From: Lama glama
Taxonomy: Eukaryota
Direction: 5' to 3'
Length of the DNA: 64,000 nucleotides
Assembly (NCBI GenBank): GCA_028534125.1
Contig: CM052817.1
Location: 39,000,001 to 39,064,000, forward strand
Within the stretch, counting starts at the first letter, position 1; each line of letters opens with the position of its first letter. The position numbers and the translations under genes were made by a program. The notes beneath the pieces were generated by a model. The model was given only the letters and a program-made list of their open reading frames with translations, had not been told where the DNA came from and did not search any database. Positions 25,253 to 37,699 of the stretch are shown here, piece after piece.

Positions 25253-27099
25253 TAAAGTAACAAACAACCGCTCGCGGGGCGCGGGTCTGAGGAGCCTGGG
25301 GAGAGATGAGACCAGTGAAGGGGGTGGAGGTGACAAAGGCTCTGGGGTCTCGAGGGCGGGCAAACTGTTGATGAACAAAAGGAATCAAGCCCCCGCCTTT
25401 GAAATTAGGTTAATCTAGATAGCAGCATGTGCTGGGGGAACTCGTCATTATTAGAGAATAAAAGCATTACCGAAATATCAGCCGGGTAATAGATCAGGCC
25501 AGTTAGATACCTTCTATTTATTTAATTTGTAAGAATATTCAAGCTTTTGTTTGTCAATCCAGGTTCCACTAGTTCCTAATGTAGATCAGCATTACAATGC
25601 TACTATATTAACTTGCAGGTTAAGAAAACAGTCATTCCACAGGATCTAACCACTTAGCATGGACGCATCAGCTTATAGCTTAACTGAAGACAGTCACTTT
25701 CGAATAATAATTTTCCAAATAAATTGACATTATTACCATCCTATGAAACATAAACGTATCAATAGATGTAAGATATTTTACATAAATTGTTTATGCCAAC
25801 AATTTATAATTAAAATGTCACTTACCTTATAATTGAGTTGTACAGTATATTTCCAGGGAATCAAATTGGAGAAATCTTTCCCTGAAAAATAAAGGAATTG
25901 AGCCAGCTAGGTACCTTAAATCTAGTGGTTTCCTATATTTCCAGTATTCAATTTCATTTCTCTTCTTCATTTTATTGTATTTGGGGGCTTGGGGGGGATA
26001 TTGTCTAAGTCTGTTAGTTATACTGTTGCTTTTACAATTAAGTAGAGATAACGTTAGCTACATCTGCTGGTTAGAGTATTTTCCCCTGGACAAGCATGAT
26101 AAAATGCATTTCATGAGTGATTTTGTATGTAACTATTAGAGTACCATCACAGTTATTTTTGCAGTGATTGGTACAGGCCCTACCACAGTAATCTGGAGGT
26201 CTTCATTTGTCACCATAAATATGTCTGTGTGGCTAGAAGTGAATTATTATAGCTGTATAAAGAAACTAAAAATCACTTTTGTAACAATTCTGATTCTGTA
26301 GGTAAATACATAACAGATGAGAAAAATGGATGAGAAGCATAAAGAGGGGACGATTCAATATGTTTAGGAAATTGGTTGCTTATTGCTGATGCTTTAGGTT
26401 AAAATATGTGTATCAAACACGATGTTAAATGAACTCTATCGATAGGCTTAAATATTTGTGCAAAAATGAATGTCTTAAGGGGAGCAATATTAAAATAATT
26501 GAAGGACTACGTATACTAATAGTGGGAAATAATTGGCAAAATTTCACTTTTAAAAAATACCTGATGAAAATTCTTGCTTGACTTTGGTTTTATGAAAAAC
26601 ATTAAACTGGAGAGACGAAGAGAGACAACCTACTGCTACGATTTTGGCTGAGCTATTAAATATTTTCATGCATTGATGTTGGTTATTATTACTGATTTGA
26701 GGTTTCTGTTTTAGCAGATTTTTAAAAAACTTTACATCATATATAACAAGTGTAAATGGGGAAGGGAGTGTCTTGTGTGTTTGTGTGTATTCAGACTTGA
26801 GGTAAGTGAAACAAATACCCAAAAGTGAAAAGAACAGAGGTAATTGGGATAAATGCTGTTTCTTCTCTCACAAATCACACTAAAAAAGCAAGTACACTTC
26901 AGATTCTATGAATATCTTAATCTAAGAAAGTAAAAAATGAATAAAATCACAGTCATTGTGGGGCAATATTACGAAGGGGAAAAGTTTTCTATTCCAAACT
27001 AGAAAGTGGGAAAGCGGACTCTTTTAGGGAAACTCATTTTAAGTTTCCAAGTTTCTCTTCTGAGAAATCGCTCACTGACAGCCTCAATACTCTTGTGTT

Positions 27100-28100
27100 A
27101 CTATCACTATGGCAACGGCAGTTTGTTGGTGCCTGCTACTCGGAGGAAGCTGGGGCGATGGAGACCGATTTGACGGCTTAGACTAGGGAGGGCCCTGAGG
27201 GAGTGTGTCCAGCCGTCAGCGGACCGCAGGAGCGACTCTGGGATGTGGGAGAGGAGGCATTGCTTGGCACTGCACGCCTTAAATTCCTTCCTCTCCTGTT
27301 TCCCCTCTTCTTCGATTTCTCGGCCCCCAGGTCTGGTTCCAGAACCGCCGGACGAAGTGGAGGAAGAAGCACGCGGCCGAAATGGCCACGGCCAAGAAGA
27401 AGCAGGACTCGGAGACCGAGCGGCTTAAGGGGGCCTCGGAGAACGAGGAGGAGGACGACGACTACAACAAGCCCCTGGACCCCAACTCGGACGACGAGAA
27501 AATCACGCAGCTGCTGAAGAAGCACAAGTCCAGCAGCGGCGGCGGCGGCCTCCTGCTGCACGCGTCCGAGAACGAGAGCTCATCCTGAGCGCCCGCCGCC
27601 CGCCGGCCTCCGGCCACTCCGCGGGCACCGCGGGGACCGCGTCCCGTCTTCCCGCCCCTTGAGGCCCGGAGGACACGGCCCCGCCTGCGGGGGCCCTTTG
27701 CTATTTTCTGAGATGTACATGTCTATTTTTTTAACCTAGAAGTTGAGGGGGGCGGGGGAGAGACTCGGAGGATGATAAGAAGGCAGAGAGGACCACGAAA
27801 TGCACGGCACCAATCGCGCAACTGACGCCCGCAGCTGGGCCACCTTCCTGGCCCCGCTGGGTGTCCTGGCCCTTTCCCCCACCCCCACCCCCACCCCCAG
27901 GCCCCGCGTTCCCCCCACCCCCGCCCCCGCCCCCGCCTTTGCCTCGCGGCCGGCCGGGGCGGGGCGCGGATAGGTAATCCTGACCCATCGACACCCACCG
28001 CTCCCACCGCTCGGGGGACCTCGGAGCCACACCGGCTGGCAGCCGCCACAGATGGGAAGAGGGACGTTTCTCCCCCACGAACTGCTGTGCCGACTAAAGT
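27100..28100. promoter_or_regulatory. CpG island over exon 3 and the 3' UTR
   Basis: Dense CpG and high GC. Confidence 0.8.
27331..27588 (+). CDS. NKX6-1: NK6 homeobox 1, coding exon 3 (recognition helix and acidic C-terminus)
   Basis: Polypyrimidine tract and cccAG acceptor at 27329-27330; [66 protein letters not shown]...SSS; TGA at 27586-27588; total 1101 nt = 366 aa. Confidence 0.98.
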   Translation, partial: VWFQNRRTKWRKKHAAEMATAKKKQDSETERLKGASENEEEDDDYNKPLDPNSDDEKITQLLKKHKSSSGGGGLLLHASENESSS

Positions 28101-28122
28101 AACCTGTTGAAGGCTCTTTGTA

Positions 28123-28128
28123 AATAAA
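28123..28128 (+). terminator. NKX6-1: First candidate polyadenylation signal AATAAA (alternatives: ATTAAA at 28251, AATAAA at 28952)
   Basis: Hexamer about 535 nt after the stop, followed by a T/GT-rich stretch (ctttattgtg). Confidence 0.6.
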
Positions 28129-29009
28129 TCGTGAGTCACACTGACTAGAAGTTACTTTATTGTGAATATTTAAAATGTAAAATGCTCTTTTGAATTTGGT
28201 ATAAAAAGATGGACTTCCTTCTTCCTGCTACCTTTCCCCTTTTAAGAGCTATTAAAACCACATGTTCCCCTTTTATTTTGAACTTAATTGGAGAAGCATA
28301 GAAAAGAATGTTCTCACCCTCCCTCTCCTCTCGCTCCTCTCTCGGATTTGGATTTGTTCAATCTCATTTCCCCCTCCATCCCTTCTTGCTCTTCCCTGAC
28401 CACCCCTGGCTCCGCGCCCAGGTCCCGCCTCCAGGACTTAAAGTAGAAGACTTGGAACCGGGGAAGGCCCCAGACCCGCCTCTCCGTTCCTCTCTGAAAT
28501 TGCACAGTCGTTTGTTGCTATTTATTAGTGATTTAAAGAAAGTGTTGGGGAGGGAGGGGCTACAATAGCTTGTATTTAATTTAACTCCTTTCTGATAAAA
28601 ATGTGTGTTAAAGTAGATGGTGGGAATTGTTACAACCGCTCTGGGTCAGAAGCATAAAAATCCATTTAGTTGCTGTAACTGAATTTGAAGTGTTTTGTAT
28701 CATAAGAATACTATAGACGATGTAAATTGTTTTCTTTTTTAAGCTAATAATGGTGATATATTAGCATCTTTAACTTTTATTAATTTATATAAGGAATTCG
28801 GTTTGTAAAGAGAAGAAAATCCCCTTTGCAAGACCAGGTAATTGTAATGCACTTTCTGTTTCAAAGGATAAATCAAATTAAAAAACAGTTTGAAGACGTC
28901 TGTTGCCTTGAATGAAAGGATATAGATCATCTGATCTCACCAGAGATCCCAAATAAAAGTAAAGATCACAAGCATACTATATTGGTTTCTTGGGTAAAAT
29001 AGCTGCTGT

Positions 29010-29021
29010 TACTATTACTAT

Positions 29022-29062
<41 letters not shown>

Positions 29063-29078
29063 TTATTAATATTATTAA

Positions 29079-29121
<43 letters not shown>
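29010..29121. repeat. (TAC)n(TAT)n compound trinucleotide microsatellite
   Basis: Read directly. Confidence 0.95.
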
Positions 29122-30071
29122 GAGTGGGGTCACATCTATCTCTCATTCTCCTGGATTGGGAAGATAAATGCAGCCCCACTCATCAGGCTTCTTGGAGAGA
29201 CTTGCCTAGCAGGCTGCCTCTGATGTCTGTGTTGTCTAATTTTTTTGTGATCGCTTTTTCCTTTGCAAGGAAGTCCCTTGGGGGGTTTGGGAAGACCTAA
29301 TTTCCATATATCCAAGATAGCTTCTCAATCCAGCCTTAGCTCCCTTAGCTGAGAGGAGGCAGTGGAGCTTGCTGTCAGTGCAGCACTGCTGTTTGATGCT
29401 AATATTCCCCCCACCCCTGTAGCTTATAAGAATGCAGAAGTTGGTAGAAAGTTGGGAATCCTGATTTTGCTAAACATTATACTAAAGACAGATTTAAGGA
29501 ACGCTGCTTCTAACTTATGTGAAACTCTCTAGGATTGAGAAAGCAATGTCACAGTTTCTGCAGCTGAATTTGCGAAAAGAAAAAAAAAAAGTGGGAATCC
29601 CAGGGAGAGAGCTGCATCACTGTCTTGGGATCTTTTTGTTTTCAGACACTCAGTTATAGGCTCAGTGAAATATAGTTATCCCCTTAGTGTTTCAGGTTAA
29701 TGAGCTTGTGTTCAAAGGAAGAAAAATCAATAGAATTCAGTAGATTCTTCAGGCTAGTGTTAGGTAAAGAAAGTATGGTCTATTTTGCTCCCTTGAAAAT
29801 AAAAAAGCAGGGAAAACTAGGAATGAAATTGCCTGAAGGAAATTATTGTAGAATACATTCCTGATGGCATGGTTTAGTGGAAAGAAAGGATGCAAATCTG
29901 CTTTATTCATTTTCTCTAGTTTGTCTGTGAAGCTCCCAATAAACTTTAAACTTCTGAATTTCTGTGTTCTTAGCAAGACTAAGGTGTGTCTCCTATAAAG
30001 AGGCAGCTATTTCAAAAGAGGCTTTGCTGTGCAGGGGTGATGTAATTTAAATCCTAGCTGTAAACAATACA

Positions 30072-30216
30072 TTCTTTCCTTCCTTCCTTCCTTCCTTCCT
30101 TCCTTCCTTCCTTCCTTCCTTCCTTCCTTCCTTCTCTTCTTCCTTCCTCCCTCCCTCCCTCCTTCTCCCTCCCTGCTTCTCTCCCTCCCTTCCCTCTCTC
30201 TATCATCTTTCTCTTT
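30072..30216. repeat. (TTCC)n microsatellite and polypyrimidine tract
   Basis: Read directly. Confidence 0.95.
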
Positions 30217-31199
30217 ATGAAAAAAACCTGGGGGTAGGGGCAAATCTGTTATCCTAAAGCTCCACTTTATTATTTGTCAATTTGCAACAAATGAAAGTCT
30301 CTTATCTACTTTATTTTTACCTTCGTTGTCCCTCTTCTGTCTTGAAAAGCCAAGCAACTTCTTATTTATTCCTTCTTCCTAAGAAAACAAAAATTCACAA
30401 GGTAATTAGAAATGCTATTCCTATAATATAATAAAAACTACTATACCAGTAGTAGTAGTAATATAGTAGCATCACTCATAGGAAACTTGGAACTAAGACT
30501 GAAGCTTTTTCTCAAGAAGCAAATAGGATTGTAGTATTTATTCCAAGTTAGATATGTGGAGAGTCACCTCTTCCTGTTTCTTTAGGAAGCATTCTCTCTG
30601 AGCCCTTTACATTTAGAGCATCTGAGAAGTGTGAAAGCTGGTGTCCTGGCCTCCATCCTACAGGCAAATATGCCGAGGGCAGACAGTCTGCGTGCTTGCC
30701 AGCCTGTGCACTGAAGTGCTCTGAGTTGCGTGGGCAGCAGCCAGAGGTGGGCTCTGGGGGGGCTCTGGGGCCGCGCTGCATTGCCATGCGTTCCTTTATT
30801 CCAGGGGACTGCAGCAGTGACTGGAGGTTTCCAGTTAATTTACTTCCACCCAAGATTCCAGCTGGCCACTATTTGCAACTGGCCCCATAAAACTGGGAGT
30901 GAGGAGGAAGTGGGGGGTGGGGATCTTACTTAGGCGTCCTTTATCCTGGTTGGTTTGGTTTAGTTCCATGTGTGTGCAACAGGAATGTTTTTCCTAAGAG
31001 TTAGCATGGTGGGGAAGCTGAGGGAAATGCTCTGCAGCTCAAGCAAGGGAGAGTAACAATTATTTTTCATCTTGGCTCAAAAATTTTATGGCATTAACCA
31101 GCCCCAAGCATCTGATTAAGCCTGTCAATTAGTCATTACAGCTAAAGGGGTCATGATTTTAAAACAAAAAGTAACAGCAAGTGGCCTGATAGACCAGTG

Positions 31200-31520
31200 C
31201 TTTATTTTTTTTATTTCCCAGTTTTATTGAGATACAATTGACAAATAACATTGTATAAGTTTAAGATCTACAACATAGTGATTTGATATATGTATACATT
31301 GCAAAATGATCACAATAAATCTAATTAACATCCATCACCTCATATAGTTAGAATTTTTTTTTCTTATGATGAAAACTTTTAAGATTTACTCTCTTAGCAA
31401 CTTTTAAATGTACAACACAATATGGTTAACCATAGTTGCCAGGCTATACATTACATCCCTGGCTGTTTCCTACCTTTTGACTGCCATCACCCATTTCCCC
31501 CACCCCCACTCAACCTCTGC
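31200..31520 (-). mobile_element. 5'-truncated L1 3' end
   Basis: T-rich start then 'ttttattgagatacaattgaca...catccatcacctcatatagtta...tttaagatttactctcttagcaac'. Confidence 0.8.
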
Positions 31521-33629
31521 TTTTAAAAAGGCTTACAGGCAACAAAGTGTTAACATGGAAAACAAAATGAGAAAAACAAGGGTTTTTTGTGGGTGGTGAA
31601 AGGAAGATAAACCTGCTTTCCCTTTTTTGTTTTATGGTGTGTGTGTGTGTGTGTCTTTTGCTGTAAAGGGAAAGTCAATGAGGCTGGGTGAAGGATACAG
31701 TGGAAAGGAAGGGTCCTGTACATGTCTCTCAGGTGTCCCAGCAGCATTCAAAATTTGAAGCTCCTCAGTTATTTTCCCAGCCCTCAAAGTCCAAGTTCAG
31801 TTCTCCTCACTGATTAGCTTTCTCTTTGGTTAACATTCAGAGGATTCTGTATCTTAAATCTCTTACACCTTCTCTCCCAGAAGCTGTGGTTTACTGAGCG
31901 ACTTCCCAAGCTTGTGGGCACTGTAATTCACTTTTCCTTTCCCTACTTGGGAGACGATGGGAAGGGATGGAACCAAACATTGTTCATTCTTCTCTGAGAA
32001 GATTTGCATCCCTCACCACCCTGTGTGGAGGCAGTCTGGACAGGAGGCCAGCAGTTCTTGGAAATTCTAGGGAACAGAGACTGAGGGTGCCTTTGAAAAC
32101 TTTTGGAGCCTAATGTCATGTTCATGAATATGTTATTAGACCAGCATCACCCTGGGTAGATCTGCACTGTCTTGTCCTTTAAGCTGGTCATTAGCGCAAG
32201 CGCACGTGCACACACACACACAGACACAGAGGAGAGGTGAAATTCCACTTGGGAACTCCTAGCACTGAGCAGCTTGAAAGAGACAGGGACTCTTTTGTTA
32301 ATCATCGACAATAGGACTGTGTAATACCAACAGAGGTAAGTGGTAGATTTCATCTATAAACTCTATTTTAGGCTAATCTAAGCAGATATCTCTACACTAA
32401 ATTTGCTCCCTCTTCCCACACAGATACATCTCCTTTCCTCAGGATGACTTTTTAAAAAAAAACCCAGTTCCTCACTACACTACAGTTCCTTCCTTTTCTG
32501 GCATGAAAGTGTGTATTTTGTTCTATAGCATTTAGACTCAGCTTCATGGAGAAATACATTCTCCCTAATGTAGCTCATTTTAGGATCTGGAGAAAACACA
32601 ATACTATAAACCCCGCATCTATTAACACACAGCTTAACTGGGGGGCAGACAGATGGTGTGGGTGTGATGACAAAGGGCTGGGATATTTCCCCAAGTTTAG
32701 CCTTCAGCATTCTGTAGATTGGCCTGGGCTTGTTCCACAAACTCTCCAGTCTTCTTCTTTGATCCAAAGATTGTCTACCTCCAAGATGAAATGTCTAGAT
32801 GTGTGTCATTTGTCTTCTGGCCTGGACCATGCATTTCCATTGAACACCACACTTGAAAAAGCAGAGCATAATGTCTCTGGTATTTAATATCTCCCGGAGC
32901 CCGGTGAGAATTCTGAAGTAGAAGCCCCATCCAGGGCTTCTGTCGTAGTATACTTTGAATAATAAGGGCGAGTTTGGATGAAGATACATTCATGGTTGTA
33001 ATTCTCTAGTCATCGTCTGCAGCGTGGAGCCTTGTGCTTGATGCTATGCCTCAGCTCTTAAAAAGAATTCTGTAAACATTTGTTTTCTATCCTGGACTTT
33101 TCTTCTTCCCTCTCTGTGCTCTCCATGTGGTCTGTAAAGATTTGTCTACTTTTCTCCCAAATTCAAATGGCCCCAAGTGAATGAGAGGGTCTAGAAATCT
33201 TTCATCTTTGTCATAATGAGGAGAGCACACAATAGCTGAGAGCAGGATGGCAGAGCCAGATGATTTGGTCTATATCACTCTTTGGTTGTTTGTCTCGGTC
33301 AAATGATTCTACCTTTCTGTGCCTCAGTCTTATCATCTGTAAAATGGAGATAAGAATTGCATCTATTTCATAGGGTGGCTAGGAGAATTAGATGATTTCA
33401 TATATATATATATGAAATTCTTAGAACAGTGCCTGGCCTAGTACGATATGGACATCTCAGCCATCACCATCATCATCATGAAAGGCCCAGTCTCAGGCTG
33501 TCCCTAGCTCAGGCCCTCCTCTCTTGTGCAGGATAACTATTTAACTGAGGAAAGGTTATGAAAAGTGAAAGTGAAAAGAGAAGTAGGAGCAAGGGATATT
33601 TTCTTTTATGTGAAACTTAAAGCCTAATT

Positions 33630-34140
33630 ACTTGTGGTTTTCAAATACTTTTTCTTCTTTTAAAAGATGGAGCCCAATGCCCCTCTTCTTGAGTGTGGTT
33701 GTATTTAGTGACTCTGATGAATAAAATGCAGCAGAAGTGATGGTGCATGGTTGGGTCATAAAAGGTACTGTGGCTTCCTCTGTGCTCTTCCTCTTGAATC
33801 ACTCACCCTGAGGGAAGTCAGCTGCCATGTTGTGAGGACACTCAAGCAGCCCTGTGGGGAGGTCTGTTTGGTGAGAAGCTGAAGCCTCTGCCAACAATCA
33901 GTCCTAATTTGCAAGAAATGTAAATGAACTCTGGAAACAGATCCTCCAGCCCCATTCAAACTGTTGGCAGACTTGGCCAACAAGTTGACTGCAACCTTAT
34001 GAGACACTCTGAAGCCGAATCACTCATCTAAGCTTTCCAAGATTCCTGAACTACAGCAAATGCATGAGATAATCAATGTTTATTGTTTTAAGGCAATACA
34101 TCTGGGGGTAATTTGTTATGTAGCATAGATAACTAATACA
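33630..34140 (+). mobile_element. MaLR solo LTR (MLT1F-like)
   Basis: 'agctgccatgttgtgaggacactcaagcagccctgtgg...' ending 'taatttgttatgtagcatagataactaataca'. Confidence 0.8.
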
Positions 34141-37100
34141 GTATCTAACAGATCTATCTCTGTACTTTGGACACAGACTAGTGTTTTTAAGGTAAAGACT
34201 CTGGAGGAAGGCACCTTTTATGATTACTTAAAACTCATTTGAAAATGCCACCAGAATGACCTCACATGTTGTGAAAGAAGCACTGGGTAACTGCATCAGG
34301 GTCAAAATCTGTGAGCCCTAGTGGTGGTTTCCATTTCTTGCTGGTAACCTGACCCCAGAAAAGTCACTTAACTTTGGTAAGGTTCTGTTTCCTCACCTAT
34401 AAAATTATCTTAATGATAATTACTGCCTCACAAAGTTGTGAAACTCAAAAGCAAAAGGGCTTTATAAATATAAAGTGGCACATAAATAAATGTGAGAAGG
34501 GAAGACTGCATCCTATAATATGGTTGTATAGGCTGGCTAACTGGGTCATACTATCGTTTCAAGTGAAGGAACCTCAGACATGGAAAGAACCTGGATCTGG
34601 TTTCACAGTCAAGTACTATTTATCTCACTAACATGGCCACAAATACACTTTCATCTTTACTCTGGCTGATTGGATGCTGAGAAAGATTTTCTTTAGGGGG
34701 AAAAAGCTCAGGGAAAGAAAAAAAGGTACAAAGGAGAGAAGGGACCCTGAGTTTTGAGTTAGGACCGAGGGTTTGGAATTCCCCCTTTCTTTTGAGAACT
34801 GGGGACACAACTCACTTCCCGAGACAGTCAAGGGGGCCAGAAGGCAGGAGACAGAGGGAATAAGTGATGGGCACTGAAGCTGTTATTGGTTACTTGGGAT
34901 GAAGGGAGGATGGGAGGCAGCACATCCCTAGAGAAATAAAGGAAGGCCCCCCAAAGTCAGTAGCGCTGATTCTTGATTAAGAGAAAAGTTCCTGTAAGAC
35001 CTTGCTCCTTCCAGAGTGAGCTTGGGCGTTACTTGCCAATTGAAGTTGATGGGCAGAGTTCCTCTTCTCTGCCCGACTGTACTCTGGTACATCCCTTCCA
35101 ACACAGCAGAAGCAGAGAAGTCAGTCCACCAGGCTAACAGTAAGAACTGCAAGTACAGTTGAAGACTAGGGCTTTATGCCTTTGGCTAAGAAGCCAGCCT
35201 GGTGCCAGCCTAGGTATTCTGATAAAGGTAATTACAAAGAGGAAAGGGACTGCAAAGGCAAGTATGAAATCAGCACATTGTCATCAACCCCCTTGATACA
35301 GAGAGTAAGGCAGAAGTGGATGATTTCAAGGGACTTTGCTCTTGGCACACTTAAGGTGACTGTGTCAGCCAGGGATCCACGCTCTACCGAGAAGGATCAT
35401 GGTGTCCAGTCTGCTTGTCTGCTTTCCTGCCTCCTTCCCTCCCTGTCTCCTCTTCTTCCCCTTCCTCTTCCCTCTCCCCCTCCTTCTTCTACTTTACAGT
35501 ATAGTGTTCTGGTATTTCACCCAGGGGAAGAATGTGCCTCAAAGAGACTTGAAAGGCCAGAGTGGGTGACAGTTTGGACAGAGCCACAACTGCACTATCT
35601 CTTGGAAAATTAAAACACAGAATAGTCAGACTGCAAGGGCACAGGCTTAGGTGCTTCTTGTTTACTGTTGTATCCCCAGCACAGTGCCTGGCACATGGGG
35701 GGTTTTCAAGGAATATTTCTTGAATGTACGTACACGTGTGTGCACCCACCCACCCACCCACCCACACACAGACACACCAATTAAGCCACAGGGAACTTTG
35801 CACTTCCTTGAAGGTCTTAAAGAAAATGACAGACCTTTAATGTAACCTTCTCCCATCTCCCTGCCTGGAGGCAGAGAACTGATCTCCAAGCTATTGGGAA
35901 TCTCATTTAGCTTTGAGTATTTATGTAAACATCCGACAAGCTGCTGTAAAAATACGTGTGAAGAGTTTAAGTGGCAAATGGGTGAATTCAATGTAAAGAT
36001 TTTTATGTGATAAAATGGAAGATCAAGTAAAGGTATTATACAGTTACTTTAAAATAGTTTTGAAATAAAATCTTCAGCATAATCGTTTGTAGTAATGAAT
36101 GTCACTCTCCAAGGCACGTGGGTTATAATTATGCATAAAACAATAAATAAGCAGAGCACTTATTGGCCATTTAAAATACTCTTTGCAGCTGAAATGCATG
36201 TCTCGTTCACTGATTCCATCAGAGAGTCTGCAATACCTAACTTAGTTTTCCAGCAATATTTTCTTTGGGACAAAAATCTGTGAAGATATAAATTAATACA
36301 ACAAACTCCTATATGATTTAACTGGGGTTTCCTGCTGTTAGGGGATTCTGGCTCTCTAAGACTTGGAAGCACTACTCTTGGTCCCCTTCCATCTCTGTCA
36401 TGCTATTCCCAGTACCTGAAGAGCCTGGATAGTGGAGAACTTTGCATCTTCAGAGACCTCTTTGTGGTGAACTGATCCTTGGAGAGGCTGTGAGAGGTGT
36501 GAGCAGCCTGTGAAGGAGATCTTGCTGCAGGCAGGTGGTGGTGGGTTTGAAGTCAACTTCCTCTTGACCTGTTGGTCAAGGTTACAATTAAGCTGTTTTC
36601 TTTAGTCCACTTCCTTTCCTTTCTTCTAGAAGAGGGAATTTAGGAGCTCCTGGTATTCCCTCCACATGCCCCCGACCCAGTTAACTTCTGTATTGAAAGC
36701 CAACAGCCAATGATCCCTTCTATTTCCAAGGGGAAGGTTTAAATTTTTTTTTTTTCTGAAGAGAGGGTCATGAATCTAGGATCTAAGGAAGATGAGGGAT
36801 AAATAAGTCCAGACCTCAGGTCTCTTAAACAAAACGATGAAACTAGAACTATCTCCCACCCCCCACAGTTCCTTATACCCATCTTCCCAAGTGGATATGA
36901 ATTCTTCCACTTATAATGGCTTCATCATTCAACAACTTTTCTTCAGTACCTTTTCTATATTGATGACAGCCACCCCACTGTCTCCTAGCTGCACGGGCAA
37001 GCCTTGAAAAGCCCTTTGTGTGGTGCCTTCACTCCCCCCAAATCGGGGAGATCCTTACCCGGGGGGTGGTGGTGTGGTCTGTGAGTCTCAGCTCCACAGC

Positions 37101-37699
37101 CTAAGTTGGGGCTCTCTATTTGACCTGGTCCTATTCCGCTGGGCAGAAAAGTCGCTTTCCTTTTAAGGCTCTGTTTCCTGGATCGTACCTTTTACCTGAA
37201 TTGGCACCGTGAGGCTCTCTTTAAAGGACAGGGACTGTATAAGAGCAGAGAATGAGGGACACGGACTCCCCAGGGGAAAAGGGCTGTATCTGGTGTGGGA
37301 AGGTTTTCCGGAATGGGACAAATGTTCCTTCCTAAAGGAAAAGTTTGGCATGTTCTTTGTGTCCCACCTACAGGCAGGGCCTGAAATAATCCCCCCAAAG
37401 CCTGGGAGGTTGTGCCTGGCCTAGGCCTCCCAGAACTTTCTGTTCAGGTGATGACAGGGCTTGAAGGCCAGGAAGTCTCAGAAGTCCTTCTAGTTCAAAA
37501 AGGGCCTGCAAACAGAAATTGGTAAGTTTGCAGGGGCTGAGGTTCCCTTTGAATCATAAAGTTCTGAAAGAGGCAAATTGGAATTCATCCTGATTAAATG
37601 AAAGACAATTTAAAAAACAGTTTGCCTCATTCTATTTGCTCTAAAAGGGATTCTCCACTGAGAAATCCTATATATAGCTCGAGCTGCGTCATCTCTTGT

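Noticed and set aside
28398..28406. GLI-like GACCACCCC
   Set aside because: Single imperfect 9-mer with no supporting context
28990..29223. Poly-Thr/poly-Ile ORF
   Set aside because: Translation of the (TAC)n(TAT)n microsatellite
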